NCBI GenBank assembly: GCA_013203665.1
Contig: JABMPU010000203.1
Span: 988-64,987 of the forward strand
DNA: 64,000 nucleotides
Reading direction: 5' to 3'
From: Armatimonadota bacterium
Lineage (GTDB): Bacteria > Cloacimonadota > Cloacimonadia > Cloacimonadales > TCS61
The notes under the pieces were generated by a model that saw nothing but the letters and a program-made list of their open reading frames with translations, was not told where the DNA came from and ran no database searches. Made by a program: the position numbers and the translations under genes. Below, in pieces: positions 34,808 through 44,643 of this stretch (position 1 is the stretch's first letter; each line of letters begins with the position of its first letter).

Positions 34808-36169
34808 ATGCTGGGTAGAACAAAAAAGATCCATTTTGTCGGCATTGGTGGAATTGGCATGAGTGGAATTGCGGAATTGCTTTTAAACCAAGGTTTCGAG
34901 ATTTCCGGCTCAGATATGGTTTGCACAAAAATTACAGACCAGTTAATTACTAAAGGCGCAACTATTAGCGAAGGACACGATGCAAATCTTATTCAAAATG
35001 CAGATGTCGTGGTGAAATCTTCTGCTGTGAAAGATGATAATCCTGAAATAGCTGCTGCTCTGGCAAATAAAATCCCGGTAATCAGAAGAGCTGAAATGCT
35101 ATCGGAAATTATGAGAATGAGTTATGGAATTGGCATTGCAGGAACTCACGGAAAAACTTCTACTACTTCCATGGTTGGAAGTGTTCTCTCTGCTGCAAAG
35201 CTGAATCCAACAGTAATTGTGGGTGGAATCGTAAAAAATTATGGTTCAAATAATCTTCTTGGTTCAGGAAAATATATCGTTGTTGAAGCAGATGAATTTG
35301 ACCGTTCTTTCCTCACATTAAGCCCGATTATTGCAGGAATCACCAATATCGAAGCAGACCACCTCGATTGTTACACTGACCTCGAAGGAGTGAAAAAAGC
35401 CTTTATTGAATATGCCAACAAAGTACCATTTTTCGGTAGTGTTATTTCATGTCTGGACGATCATGGAGTTCAATCCGTAATTCCATATATTAATAAAAAA
35501 ATTATTACTTACGGTCTTTCCAAACAAGCAAATATTCAAGCAGTTGATATTGAAATGAAGAATTTCAAATCCAGTTATACCGCTTTTCTGAATAACAAAG
35601 AATTAGGTAGAGTCGAATTGAAGGTTATGGGAACACATAATATTTTGAATTCTCTTTTAGCAATTGGAACCGGTCTGGAAATCGATATTCCCTTTGATTT
35701 AATCAGGAAGGGTTTATCAAATTATAATGGTGTTTTTCGTCGGTTTGAATTTAAAGGAAAAATTAATGGAATTACTGTTTATGATGATTATGCACATCAT
35801 CCAACCGAAATTGAAGCAACTTTAAAAGGAGTAAGAGACAGCACAAATAAAAGAATCGTGGTAGTTTTCCAACCTCATTTATTTTCCCGAACTCAGGATT
35901 TTTACAAAGAATTCGGCAGGTCTTTCTATCAATCTGATTTGCTAATTATTACTCCCATTTTTCCTGCTCGTGAAAAACCTATCAAGGGAGTTTCGGGAAA
36001 ATTAATTGCTGATGCTGCAATTCAATCTGGACATAAAAATGTCTATTACGTCAGTAATAATGATGGCATTTTAGAGCAAATCAAATCATTAACCAGAGAA
36101 GATGATATTGTGATTACTATGGGTGCAGGTACAATTTATAAATTCGGAGAAAAAATTCTTGAAGATTAA
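34808..36169 (+). CDS. murC: UDP-N-acetylmuramate--L-alanine ligase MurC
   Basis: 'IHFVGIGGIGMSGIAELL', 'GIAGTHGKTSTT' and 'DDYAHHPTEI'. Confidence 0.95.
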   Translation: MLGRTKKIHFVGIGGIGMSGIAELLLNQGFEISGSDMVCTKITDQLITKGATISEGHDANLIQNADVVVKSSAVKDDNPEIAAALANKIPVIRRAEMLSEIMRMSYGIGIAGTHGKTSTTSMVGSVLSAAKLNPTVIVGGIVKNYGSNNLLGSGKYIVVEADEFDRSFLTLSPIIAGITNIEADHLDCYTDLEGVKKAFIEYANKVPFFGSVISCLDDHGVQSVIPYINKKIITYGLSKQANIQAVDIEMKNFKSSYTAFLNNKELGRVELKVMGTHNILNSLLAIGTGLEIDIPFDLIRKGLSNYNGVFRRFEFKGKINGITVYDDYAHHPTEIEATLKGVRDSTNKRIVVVFQPHLFSRTQDFYKEFGRSFYQSDLLIITPIFPAREKPIKGVSGKLIADAAIQSGHKNVYYVSNNDGILEQIKSLTREDDIVITMGAGTIYKFGEKILED

Positions 36170-36243
36170 TATAATGTTCTTCACAGAGAGCATAGAGAAT
36201 AGATGAACTTAAATAGAGTCCATCCGTAAAGTATGATTTTTCG

Positions 36244-36327
36244 ACCTCACCCCAACCCTCTCCTATCGAGAAGAGGGAGACAAAAGTTCACCTTCTCCTT
36301 TTAGGAGAAGGGGTTAGGGGCTGAGGT
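36244..36327. repeat. G+C-rich double-hairpin palindromic element (REP-like) between murC and murB
   Basis: The outer arms acctcaccccaaccctctcct (36244-36264) and aggagaaggggttaggggctgaggt (36303-36327) are imperfectly complementary. Local hairpins: 36256-61/36272-77 and 36291-98/36304-11. Confidence 0.6.
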
Positions 36328-36390
36328 AAAAAAGAATGTCAGCTGGAACTATGTGACGAGAATACGAGAATAGACTTTGAGTGAAAAAAA

Positions 36391-37269
36391 ATGAATAAGA
36401 AATTCGATATTGAAGATTTGAACTCGATTCGTTCTGATGGTTATTTCAAGGATTTTTCCCATATAAAAATTGGAAATAAAGTACAGTATCTCTTTCTTCC
36501 TCGAAGTGTGAGTGATCTTGCTCTTATATTTGATTTTGCATCTAAAAATAAATTACCGCTTTTTCCAATTGGCGGTGGTTCTAATGTGCTCTTGGGAAAT
36601 GCAAAAAAAAGAGTTCTGCTTATGGATTATAAACTTCCAAAAACTTTTGATGTAAATTCGGATGAAGTTGTAGTTTCAGCAAATTTCAATCTGAATTCCT
36701 TAATCAATATTTTAAAGAAAAATAGCTTAGGAGGTCTTGAATTTCTGGTAACTATTCCTGCTCATATCGGTGGTTTACTGAAAATGAATGCAGGTGCTTT
36801 TGGCAAAAATATTTCTGAATATCTTAAATGGATTGAAGTATTGAATAAAAAAGGTGAAATCGAAATTATCCCAAAAGATAAAATAGAATTTTCATACAGA
36901 AAATCTTCCATTAAAGATTACATCTTGAAAGCAGCATTCAAATTTGAAAGAAAATTAGAAGAAGAAATTGATTCTCAAATAAAAAAATTCAAAAAAATAA
37001 GGAAGGATTCGCAACCAATAAATTTTCCAAATCTGGGGTGTGTTTTCAAGAATCCAAAAGGAGAATCTGCCGGTAAACTCATTGATGAATGCGGATTGAA
37101 AGGAGAAAAAATCGGTGATGCTGAAATTAGCGAGAAACATGCGAATTTTATTATCAACAAAGGAAATGCCAGTTTTGAGGATGTCACGAATCTTATAAAA
37201 TTGATTCAAAGAAAAGTTTATGCAAAAACCGGTATTGAACTGGAATTGGAAATCACGGTCTTAAACTAA
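36391..37269 (+). CDS. murB: UDP-N-acetylenolpyruvoylglucosamine reductase MurB
   Basis: 'PIGGGSNVLL', 'LGCVFKNP' and 'ISEKHANFIIN'. Confidence 0.9.
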   Translation: MNKKFDIEDLNSIRSDGYFKDFSHIKIGNKVQYLFLPRSVSDLALIFDFASKNKLPLFPIGGGSNVLLGNAKKRVLLMDYKLPKTFDVNSDEVVVSANFNLNSLINILKKNSLGGLEFLVTIPAHIGGLLKMNAGAFGKNISEYLKWIEVLNKKGEIEIIPKDKIEFSYRKSSIKDYILKAAFKFERKLEEEIDSQIKKFKKIRKDSQPINFPNLGCVFKNPKGESAGKLIDECGLKGEKIGDAEISEKHANFIINKGNASFEDVTNLIKLIQRKVYAKTGIELELEITVLN

Positions 37270-38015
37270 TGAAAAAAAGAGGTTCAAGCAGATATTTCGT
37301 TTTTTATATTTTTATTACGCTCTTTATATTTCTGATTTTCTGGGGAGTTAAAAGTTTAATCGGAAATCTGAGTTTTTTTGAAATTGAAGAAATTGAAATT
37401 GTGGGAAATGTAAATCTGGAAACAGATTTCCTGCAAAGTTTCGTCAGAGATTTATCAGGAAAAAATCTTTTTAAAATATCCAAAAAGGAAATCCTGAAAA
37501 AATATGAAAATATAGTTCGTTTAAAAGACATTAAAGTTTATAGAATCATACCTGTAAAACTGAAATTAAAAATAATTGAAAGGATTGGAGTTTTTTATTT
37601 GAAAACGAGCGAAGGTGAACTTTTTCCGATCGATGAAGATCAAATCGTTCTGGATAATGATAGTTTTTATCTTTCTGAAATTCTACCGATAATTGAAACT
37701 GGTATTGCAAAAAAAGATTTGTTCATCGGAATGAAGATTGATCATGAAAATATCAAAAAAGTTTTTGAATTTTGGAAAGAAATAAAATCTTTCGATGAAA
37801 ATTTTATTCACAAAATTTCTGAGTTTTATATTGATGACGAAGAATTGATGATGATTGAAGCAAATATGGGTTATAAAATAATTTTCGGTGAAGAAGATAT
37901 CGAAAATAAATTAAAAAGATTTACTTTTTTGGAACAGAATCGCGGCTTTGAAAAGGGAGATATTATAGATTTAAGATTTAGTAATTCATTGATAATTAGA
38001 ACGGAGGAAAAATGA
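37269..38015 (+). CDS. ftsQ: Cell division protein FtsQ (POTRA)
   Basis: Single TM, then POTRA-like 'IEEIEIVGNVNLETDFL'. Sits between murB and ftsA. Confidence 0.7.
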   Translation: MKKRGSSRYFVFYIFITLFIFLIFWGVKSLIGNLSFFEIEEIEIVGNVNLETDFLQSFVRDLSGKNLFKISKKEILKKYENIVRLKDIKVYRIIPVKLKLKIIERIGVFYLKTSEGELFPIDEDQIVLDNDSFYLSEILPIIETGIAKKDLFIGMKIDHENIKKVFEFWKEIKSFDENFIHKISEFYIDDEELMMIEANMGYKIIFGEEDIENKLKRFTFLEQNRGFEKGDIIDLRFSNSLIIRTEEK

Positions 38016-39274
38016 AAAGCGGGAAAATCTTAACCGCAATAGATATTGGCACCACCAAGATCTGTGTGATTATTGCAGTTTTAGATTCTGAGAACGAACT
38101 GGAAATAAAAGGAATCGGAAACAGCAAATCCGAAGGATTGGTAAATGGACTTGTTGTGGACATAATTACAGCTTCAAAATCAATCTATGATGCCATCAAA
38201 GAAGCGGAAAAAATGGCTGGTTTTAAAGCAAAAAATATTTATGTAGGGATTGCCGGTGATCATATTAAAAGCCAGAATACTCTTGGCAGAATCTCTGTAG
38301 CAACAGGGCATGAACCAAGCGAGATAACCCATCAACACATCACTGATGTTCTGAATGATGCACAAAACAATGTTAAGATTCAACCCGGAAATGACAGGCT
38401 GGATATTATTCACGTTATTCCTCAATATTATGAAATAGACGGTCAAAAAGGGATAATGAATCCTCTGAAAATGACAGGTGTGAATTTATCTGCTCGTGTT
38501 CATATTGTAATGGCAGATATTAATACAATGAAGAATATTAAAAAATGCATAGAGGAATCAAACTATAAAGTCGAAGAAATTTTCTTGGAACCGATTGCTT
38601 CATCTTTTGCAGTTTTGAACCAGGTTGAACGGGATCTCGGTTCGATTTTAATCGATATCGGTGGAGGAACAACAGATATTGCTGTATTTTTTAAAGGTAG
38701 TATTCGTTTCAGCACAGTACTCGCTTTGGGTGGAACTAATATCACTCAGGATATTGCTATTGGTCTTCAAACTTCTCCTAAGAATGCGGAAGCAATAAAA
38801 ATAAATCATGGTAATGCTATTGCTGCCATGATTCCTGAAGATAAAAAAATCGAGATTGAAGGAATTGGCGGCAGAGAATCCAAACAAAGAAGCTTGCGCT
38901 ATATTTCGGAAATCATTGAAGCTCGAATGCGGGAAATCCTGGAAAATTCTTATTCCATCCTAAATGAAAATCATAATTTAAAGATGATTACTGCTGGATT
39001 AACGATCACTGGCGGAGCTGCATTACTTGCCAATTCCGATAAATTAGCTTCGGAAATATTTAACATGGACACTAAAATCGGTTATCCTGATCTTACAAAT
39101 TTATCCGGTCCAACAGATAGGCTTAAAAGCCCAAAATTTGCCACTGTGGTTGGTATCCTCTATCATGTTCATCAAATTATCATGGGAAAAGAAAATAAAA
39201 TAATTCAACTAAAAAGAAATGATCCGATAGCTAACTTTTTTCAAAAAATTATAAATATTTTAAAAGATTTTTAG
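38012..39274 (+). CDS. ftsA: Cell division protein FtsA
   Basis: 'AIDIGTTKICVII', 'LIDIGGGTTDIAVF' and 'ITGGAALL'. Confidence 0.9.
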   Translation: MKSGKILTAIDIGTTKICVIIAVLDSENELEIKGIGNSKSEGLVNGLVVDIITASKSIYDAIKEAEKMAGFKAKNIYVGIAGDHIKSQNTLGRISVATGHEPSEITHQHITDVLNDAQNNVKIQPGNDRLDIIHVIPQYYEIDGQKGIMNPLKMTGVNLSARVHIVMADINTMKNIKKCIEESNYKVEEIFLEPIASSFAVLNQVERDLGSILIDIGGGTTDIAVFFKGSIRFSTVLALGGTNITQDIAIGLQTSPKNAEAIKINHGNAIAAMIPEDKKIEIEGIGGRESKQRSLRYISEIIEARMREILENSYSILNENHNLKMITAGLTITGGAALLANSDKLASEIFNMDTKIGYPDLTNLSGPTDRLKSPKFATVVGILYHVHQIIMGKENKIIQLKRNDPIANFFQKIINILKDF

Positions 39275-39282
39275 GAGGTAAT

Positions 39283-40434
39283 ATGCTCGAGCTCGATCTA
39301 ACACATGATGAAATTCCGTTTGGAACAAATATTAAAATTTTCGGTGTGGGTGGTTCTGGTGGAAATGCCGTTAATACAATGATAGAAAACTCTCTTAAAG
39401 GTGTAGAATTCATTGTGGCAAATACAGATATATCCGAACTACAAAAATCAAGTGCTAAAGTAAAACTTCAGCTTGGGAAAATTACCACAAAAGGTTTGGG
39501 AGCAGGTGCAAATCCGGAAATAGGTGCAAAAGCAGCCGAAGAATCTATCGAAGAAATTCGCAGCCATTTAGAAGGTGCAGACCTTGTATTTATTGCTGCT
39601 GGTATGGGTGGTGGAACCGGAACCGGAGCAGCTCCGATAATTGCTAACCTAGCAAGAGAAATGGATATTTTAACCATTGCCATCGTGAATAAACCATTTA
39701 ATATAGAAGGCAAAAAGAGAATGTTGAATGCAGAAACTGGTATTAAAAAACTCAGTGAACTCGTGGATTCCCTGATGGTAGTTCCAAATGAAAAGCTGAA
39801 AGAAATTTATGGTGATATGACTGTAATCGAAGCTTTTAAAAAAGCTGACAATATTCTTTTTGATGCAGTAAAAGCACTTTCCGATATGATAAATTACAGT
39901 GGATATATTGCAGTGGATTTTGCAGACCTGAAAACAATAATGAGTAAAAGAGGGTTTTCCTATATGGGAACAGGAATTGGTGAAGGTGAATCAATGGCCA
40001 AAGACGCTGTCGAATCTGCCATGAATAATCCACTTTTAGCTGAAGTTTCATTTGAAAATTCCAAAGGTACTCTGATTAATATCACTGCAGGAAATGACGT
40101 TAAAATGAATGAATTTGAAGAAATTACAAATACAATTGTAGCAAAAGCGGGTGATGATGGTCAGACAGCTATAGGAATTATTTTCGATGAAGAAATGAAA
40201 GATCAAATTAAAGTAACTCTCATTGCCACCGGTTTGGGAATCTTGGGAACTTCAAAATTTGAGCGAGATGTATTTGTTGCGACCAGCGAAAGTAGTGATG
40301 AAGATATTGCAAAAACATTGGAAGTTATTAAAGATGCTCAATCAATGGATTTGAGCAAAAAAGAGACAGATGAAAAGAAAAAAGGAACCATGCAAATGGA
40401 AATCCCGGCATTCCTGAGGAAATTTTCGAACTGA
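39283..40434 (+). CDS. ftsZ: Cell division GTPase FtsZ
   Basis: 'GVGGSGGNAVNTM', 'GMGGGTGTGAAPI' and 'VVPNEKL', plus a C-terminal 'IPAFLRK' peptide. Confidence 0.97.
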   Translation: MLELDLTHDEIPFGTNIKIFGVGGSGGNAVNTMIENSLKGVEFIVANTDISELQKSSAKVKLQLGKITTKGLGAGANPEIGAKAAEESIEEIRSHLEGADLVFIAAGMGGGTGTGAAPIIANLAREMDILTIAIVNKPFNIEGKKRMLNAETGIKKLSELVDSLMVVPNEKLKEIYGDMTVIEAFKKADNILFDAVKALSDMINYSGYIAVDFADLKTIMSKRGFSYMGTGIGEGESMAKDAVESAMNNPLLAEVSFENSKGTLINITAGNDVKMNEFEEITNTIVAKAGDDGQTAIGIIFDEEMKDQIKVTLIATGLGILGTSKFERDVFVATSESSDEDIAKTLEVIKDAQSMDLSKKETDEKKKGTMQMEIPAFLRKFSN

Positions 40435-40772
40435 TGACTGATTTTATTATAAAGATATTAATATTAGCTTTTTCGATTTATTTAGTTGGTAAAATCACAA
40501 AACTTTTCTATGTGGAAGATTTTTATGTTGCCCTCATCACTGCTTTTGTTCTGGCAATCGTAAATGCAATTATTCGTCCAATACTGCACATCTTCTTCTT
40601 TCCGATTCATCTACTCACTTTGGGTCTATTTATTTTTTTTGTAAATGGATTATGCTTAATTATCGTTTCTAAGATAGTTCCTAAATTCAAGATCAAAGGA
40701 TGTTTTACTGCTGCGATCGCTGCTATTCTGATTTCATTAGTAAATATGTTTTTGGAATCCATAATTCCCTAA
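40434..40772 (+). CDS. Small 4-TM membrane protein (DUF360 / 'phage holin family 4'-like, YvlD-type)
   Basis: 112 aa with 'AFVLAIVNAIIRPIL...LTLGLFIFFVNGL'. The start ATG overlaps the ftsZ TGA (ctgATGa). Confidence 0.65.
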   Translation: MTDFIIKILILAFSIYLVGKITKLFYVEDFYVALITAFVLAIVNAIIRPILHIFFFPIHLLTLGLFIFFVNGLCLIIVSKIVPKFKIKGCFTAAIAAILISLVNMFLESIIP

Positions 40773-40789
40773 AAAATATCGAGGTAAAT

Positions 40790-42016
40790 ATGAGCTATTC
40801 AGAAGAATATATACTCTTAGCAGAGAAATTCAATCAAGAACAAGAAAGTATTATTCTCAAATCGGAAAAATTGAAAATTTATAATCTTCCATTTGAATCA
40901 TTTGATTATAACATCCTTCCTGGTGAAGATTCATATAGATGCAATTATCATAATATAACTTTTAAAAGCAATCCGGATGTCGAGTCTTCATTGAAATTTG
41001 AAAATGAACTCTTGAATGTTGCAGACTCTAAGATCCAAGAAAACATTCACTTTAAGTATTCTGTTTTTAAAAATCTCAAGTCATCAAAATCGAAAAAAGT
41101 TATAATTTTATTTCATGGATTAAATGAGAAAAGTTGGGAAAAGTATCTGGTCTGGGCAAAAAAACTTCTGGAACTCACAGGAAAATCCGTAGTTCTTTTT
41201 CCTCTTGCTTTTCATATGAATAGAGCTCCAAAAATCTGGAGTGATCCCAGATTAATGAAAAAAATCTGTAAAGAACGCTTAAAGTTTTTTCCAAATATTG
41301 TTTCCGCTTCATTTGCAAATACTGCAATGAGCACGAGATTGCAATCACATCCACAAAGATTTTTATGGTCTGGTATGCAATCCTATTATGATGTAATTCA
41401 GTTAGTAACAGAAATAAAAGATGGTAATCATCCGCTTATTCATCAAGATGCGAGTATAGATTTTTTTGCCTATTCCATTGGGGCTTTTCTTTCGCAAATC
41501 CTCATTATGACCAATCCTACCAATTTCTTTAAAGATACAAAATTATTTATTTTCTGCGGTGGTCCTCTCTTAAAAAAAATGTCTGCTGTATCCAAATATA
41601 TTTTGGATAGTGAAGCGAATATTGCCCTCTACTCTTATTTCATTGAACATCTGGATAAAGAAATGAAACGTGATGAGAGATTAACGCATTATTTCAGTAA
41701 ACTTCATCCTGCAGGAAAATATTTCAGATGCATGCTGGATTATCATAAAATGAAAAAATTCCGTGAAAAAAGACTCAAAAAACTATGCAAACAAATCGAG
41801 GTCGTAACTCTCAAAAAAGATAAAGTTATCCCACATTATGAAGTTGTGAATTCCCTCAAAGGTGAAGATGGAAAAATCCCCATTAAAATCAGAAAAATTG
41901 ATTTTCCATACGAATATAATCATGTTATTCCTTTTCCGATAAGTGATAAATTCCAAAAAGAAGTGAATCGAAGTTTTGAAAAAGTTTTCCGCTATGCAGC
42001 TAAATTTCTCAAATAG
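40790..42016 (+). CDS. Putative alpha/beta-hydrolase-fold protein
   Basis: 'KVIILFHGLNEKSW' (HG oxyanion-type) and 'DFFAYSIGAF' (nucleophile-elbow-like). I preferred ATG 40790 to the 40700 track start, which overlaps the previous gene. Confidence 0.5.
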   Translation: MSYSEEYILLAEKFNQEQESIILKSEKLKIYNLPFESFDYNILPGEDSYRCNYHNITFKSNPDVESSLKFENELLNVADSKIQENIHFKYSVFKNLKSSKSKKVIILFHGLNEKSWEKYLVWAKKLLELTGKSVVLFPLAFHMNRAPKIWSDPRLMKKICKERLKFFPNIVSASFANTAMSTRLQSHPQRFLWSGMQSYYDVIQLVTEIKDGNHPLIHQDASIDFFAYSIGAFLSQILIMTNPTNFFKDTKLFIFCGGPLLKKMSAVSKYILDSEANIALYSYFIEHLDKEMKRDERLTHYFSKLHPAGKYFRCMLDYHKMKKFREKRLKKLCKQIEVVTLKKDKVIPHYEVVNSLKGEDGKIPIKIRKIDFPYEYNHVIPFPISDKFQKEVNRSFEKVFRYAAKFLK

Positions 42017-42048
42017 AAAAACTCTAATACTACAATAATGTAGAAATT

Positions 42049-42495
42049 ATGATGAATTTAGCAAATCTGAAAATCAGAGATTTTGAAATTGAAGAATATG
42101 ATATTCTTATTGAATTATGGGAAAAAGCAGGTCTTCCATATCGTCCTTTAGGACGTGATAGTAAAGTAAATATTTCTAAACAGATTGAACAACCGAATAT
42201 CTCTTTTCTTTTTGTAGAAATTGAGGATAAGGTTATCGGTTCGATAGTTATCAGTCATGATGGAAGAAAAGGTTGGATAAACAGGGCTGCCATTTTACCT
42301 GAATATCGAAATCTTGGAATTGCATCATATCTCATAGAGAATGCGGAAAAGCGTTTGAATAAAATTGGTATAAAAATTATTGCCTGTTTAATTGAAGATT
42401 GGAATCTTAAATCTTTGAAACTCTTTGATAAACTGGGATATATTCGTCATCCGGATATTATTTATTTCACAAAAAGAGAAAGTGCTGAGGTTTGA
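42049..42495 (+). CDS. GNAT family N-acetyltransferase
   Basis: 'IGSIVISHDGRKGWINRAAILPEYRNLGIASYLIENAEKRL' (motif A R-x-x-G-x-A). Confidence 0.8.
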   Translation: MMNLANLKIRDFEIEEYDILIELWEKAGLPYRPLGRDSKVNISKQIEQPNISFLFVEIEDKVIGSIVISHDGRKGWINRAAILPEYRNLGIASYLIENAEKRLNKIGIKIIACLIEDWNLKSLKLFDKLGYIRHPDIIYFTKRESAEV

Positions 42496-42541
42496 AGAAT
42501 GAATATCTTTGTTGATTAAATTAGAAAATAAGGAAATTAAT

Positions 42542-42850
42542 ATGGGAAAAAATGAAATTCTCCAGAAAATTAAATCTAAAATATTTGAACTGTATCCATC
42601 CGCAAAAATAATTCTTTATGGTTCTCGTGCTCGCGGAGATTACCGTGAATATTCGGATTGGGATTTTTTAATCATAATCGATAAATATTTAACAGAAAAA
42701 CAAAAACTGGAAATTAAACATAAGCTTTATGATTTAGAATTAGATATTGATGAAGTCCTCTGTTCGATTATCCATAGCAAACAAGAATGGGAAAATCTTC
42801 AAATTACGCCATTTTATATAAATGTGCAAAGAGAAGGAATTGAAATATGA
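42542..42850 (+). CDS. Nucleotidyltransferase-domain antitoxin (MNT, minimal pol-beta NTase)
   Basis: 'LYGSRARGDYREYSDWDFLII' (GS...DxD). Overlaps the HEPN gene by 4 nt. ATG 42542 preferred to TTG 42509. Confidence 0.8.
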   Translation: MGKNEILQKIKSKIFELYPSAKIILYGSRARGDYREYSDWDFLIIIDKYLTEKQKLEIKHKLYDLELDIDEVLCSIIHSKQEWENLQITPFYINVQREGIEI

Positions 42851-43254
42851 ACATAAATGAATTGATTTCTTATCGATTAGAAAGAGCAAAAGAAACTATT
42901 GATGAAGCTGAACAGATGGCAAAAATGGAGCATTGGAACACCTGTGTAAATCGTCTATACTATGCATGTTTTTACGCAACCAATGCACTACTTCTAAGTA
43001 AAAACTATTCATCATCAAAACATGCAGGGGTGCGGTCATTACTCAATAAACATTTCGTAAAATCTGAAATAATTCCTAAAGAACTGGGTAAACTTTATAA
43101 TGCTCTTTTTGAATATCGTCAACAAAGCGATTATGAAGACCTATTCCAGGTTGATAAAGAATTGGTCAAACCTTGGATTACTTTGTCAACAGATTTTATT
43201 TATTTCATAGAAAAATTGATAACTGCTGACTTATATAAAAAAGATGAAAGATAA
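42847..43254 (+). CDS. HEPN-domain toxin
   Basis: Helical 135-aa protein with 'RLYYACFYATNALLL' and an Rx4-6H motif, 'RSLLNKH'. Paired with the MNT gene. Confidence 0.8.
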   Translation: MNINELISYRLERAKETIDEAEQMAKMEHWNTCVNRLYYACFYATNALLLSKNYSSSKHAGVRSLLNKHFVKSEIIPKELGKLYNALFEYRQQSDYEDLFQVDKELVKPWITLSTDFIYFIEKLITADLYKKDER

Positions 43255-43321
43255 ATCAATATTCTCTTATCAAAAAAATCTTGCTAAGAAAAATAGATAA
43301 AATTTAGTTGAATTTGCATTT

Positions 43322-43352
43322 CGTTCCCAAACAGAGGTTTGGGAACGAGTGG
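43322..43352 (+). repeat. 11-bp perfect hairpin after the HEPN gene, with a conserved 3' arm TTGGGAACGAGTGG
   Basis: cgttcccaaac 43322-43332, loop agag, gtttgggaacg 43337-43347, tail agtgg. The 3' arm plus tail (14 nt) recurs at 46003-46016 with 1 mismatch. Confidence 0.6.
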
Positions 43353-43402
43353 TAATTGGTTGAACTGATAGAATTGGTTGAATTAGTATAAAAAAATAAA
43401 TA

Positions 43403-43455
43403 AATTCGTGTTAATTCGTGTAATTCGTGGACATAAATATTCGTGTGTTTCGTGG
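43403..43455. repeat. Tandem AATTCGTG(T) words (9-10 nt period)
   Basis: aattcgtg at 43403, 43413 and 43422; attcgtg at 43439; tttcgtgg at 43448. One nucleotide different from the ATCCGTGTA 9-mers at 15968-16003. Confidence 0.55.
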
Positions 43456-43486
43456 GTTATTGAATTAGTTTATATCGGAAGGTTAA

Positions 43487-44635
43487 GTGAAATTTTGGCG
43501 TTATTTTTCAAAGTTAATTTTAAAAAACAGAATAGCAATTCAGCTATTAAAATATGCCTTGATAATATTTCTTGTAATATTTTTAGGTGCTTTAGGTGTT
43601 CTTTTAGTTGAGTTTCAAGGTGAAGGTTACAACTTTTACGATGCATTTTGGTGGGCTTTAGTAACCTTCACAACTGTAGGTTTTGGTGATCTTTATCCCA
43701 TAACTTTTTGGGGTAGATTTATTGCTATGATAGTCATTCTTCTCAGTTTGGTTCTTCTAGCAATTTTTACAGCTTTTATAGCAAGTAGCTTTATCGATGT
43801 AAAGCTAAAGGAGAGAAGAGGTTTGAGCGATATAAAAGAAAAAAAACATATTTTAATTTGCGGATGGAATAACAGTTCAAAAAGGATTTTAGAGTTTTTA
43901 AATAAGATGAATCCAAAAAATATTCCAACTGTAGTTCTTGTTAATGAATTAGCAGAAAGCGAGTTATCTGCAATCCAGAATAATTACAGCAATTTGAACC
44001 TGAAATTTATCAGGGGAGATTTTACAAATCGAAATATTTTGAATAAAGCTAATGTAAAAGAGGCTAACCATATTATTCTGCTTTATGACGAAAGCAAACC
44101 GAATTCGGTTCCATCCGATGAAAGGACGATCATTGCTGCCCATAATATTGCTTATCTCAAAATAAGAGGTAAAATCAGTGTTCAACTCAAAGAAGAAAAA
44201 TATAGCTCCACTCTTCAAAGAGATAGAATTCGTAATGTGGTAATCTATGATGATGTTGGTGGTGATATTCTGGCAAATTCCACTTTAAATCCAGCAGTTC
44301 CGGATTTTATTCAAGAAACTTTGAAATATGCTGATGGTAAAGGATTCAGGGAAATAAATATTCCTATAGAATTCATCAACAAAACTTATGATGAGCTATT
44401 CAATTTCTTCAAAGAAAAGAAAGATTTGATTCTTCTGGGAATTACTTCGGTTCAACCAGAATTTTCTATTGATAATGTATTGTCTGGTGATTCTTCTTCA
44501 ATAGATACTTTCATAAAAAAACAATTCGAGCTCTCCAATAAGAAAATTAAAACCGAAGAAAGAAAAAATCTCATTCAAGTTAAACCTGATCCATCTTACA
44601 TAATTCAAGATACAGATAAAGCAATCGTGCTTTGA
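43487..44635 (+). CDS. Two-TM potassium channel with cytoplasmic RCK/TrkA-N domain (MthK-like)
   Basis: Selectivity filter 'TFTTVGFGDLYP' between two TM helices, then 'KHILICGWNNSSKRILEFL' (Rossmann-like RCK). GTG start. Confidence 0.85.
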   Translation: MKFWRYFSKLILKNRIAIQLLKYALIIFLVIFLGALGVLLVEFQGEGYNFYDAFWWALVTFTTVGFGDLYPITFWGRFIAMIVILLSLVLLAIFTAFIASSFIDVKLKERRGLSDIKEKKHILICGWNNSSKRILEFLNKMNPKNIPTVVLVNELAESELSAIQNNYSNLNLKFIRGDFTNRNILNKANVKEANHIILLYDESKPNSVPSDERTIIAAHNIAYLKIRGKISVQLKEEKYSSTLQRDRIRNVVIYDDVGGDILANSTLNPAVPDFIQETLKYADGKGFREINIPIEFINKTYDELFNFFKEKKDLILLGITSVQPEFSIDNVLSGDSSSIDTFIKKQFELSNKKIKTEERKNLIQVKPDPSYIIQDTDKAIVL

Positions 44636-44643
44636 GAGGAAAA

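Noticed and set aside
40434-40772. Prophage remnant, inferred from the 'phage holin family' label
   Set aside because: There is no endolysin, capsid, tail, terminase or integrase gene nearby. The gene is embedded as the last member of the dcw operon, so the family name is misleading.
40700-40789. Extended N-terminus for the alpha/beta-hydrolase ORF (track start 40700)
   Set aside because: The extension overlaps the DUF360 gene by 73 nt and translates to an implausible Cys-rich leader. ATG 40790 follows 'atcgaggtaaat', an RBS-like context.
43403-43455. CRISPR array (tandem aattcgtg words), and likewise 15968-16003
   Set aside because: The units are only 9-10 nt with no spacers, and there are no cas genes. 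These are micro-tandem repeats, not CRISPR.
43408-43611. 67-aa ORF overlapping the K+ channel start
   Set aside because: It begins inside the tandem-word repeat and runs out of frame across the channel's N-terminus. The channel ORF has clear TM and filter motifs, so this ORF is spurious.
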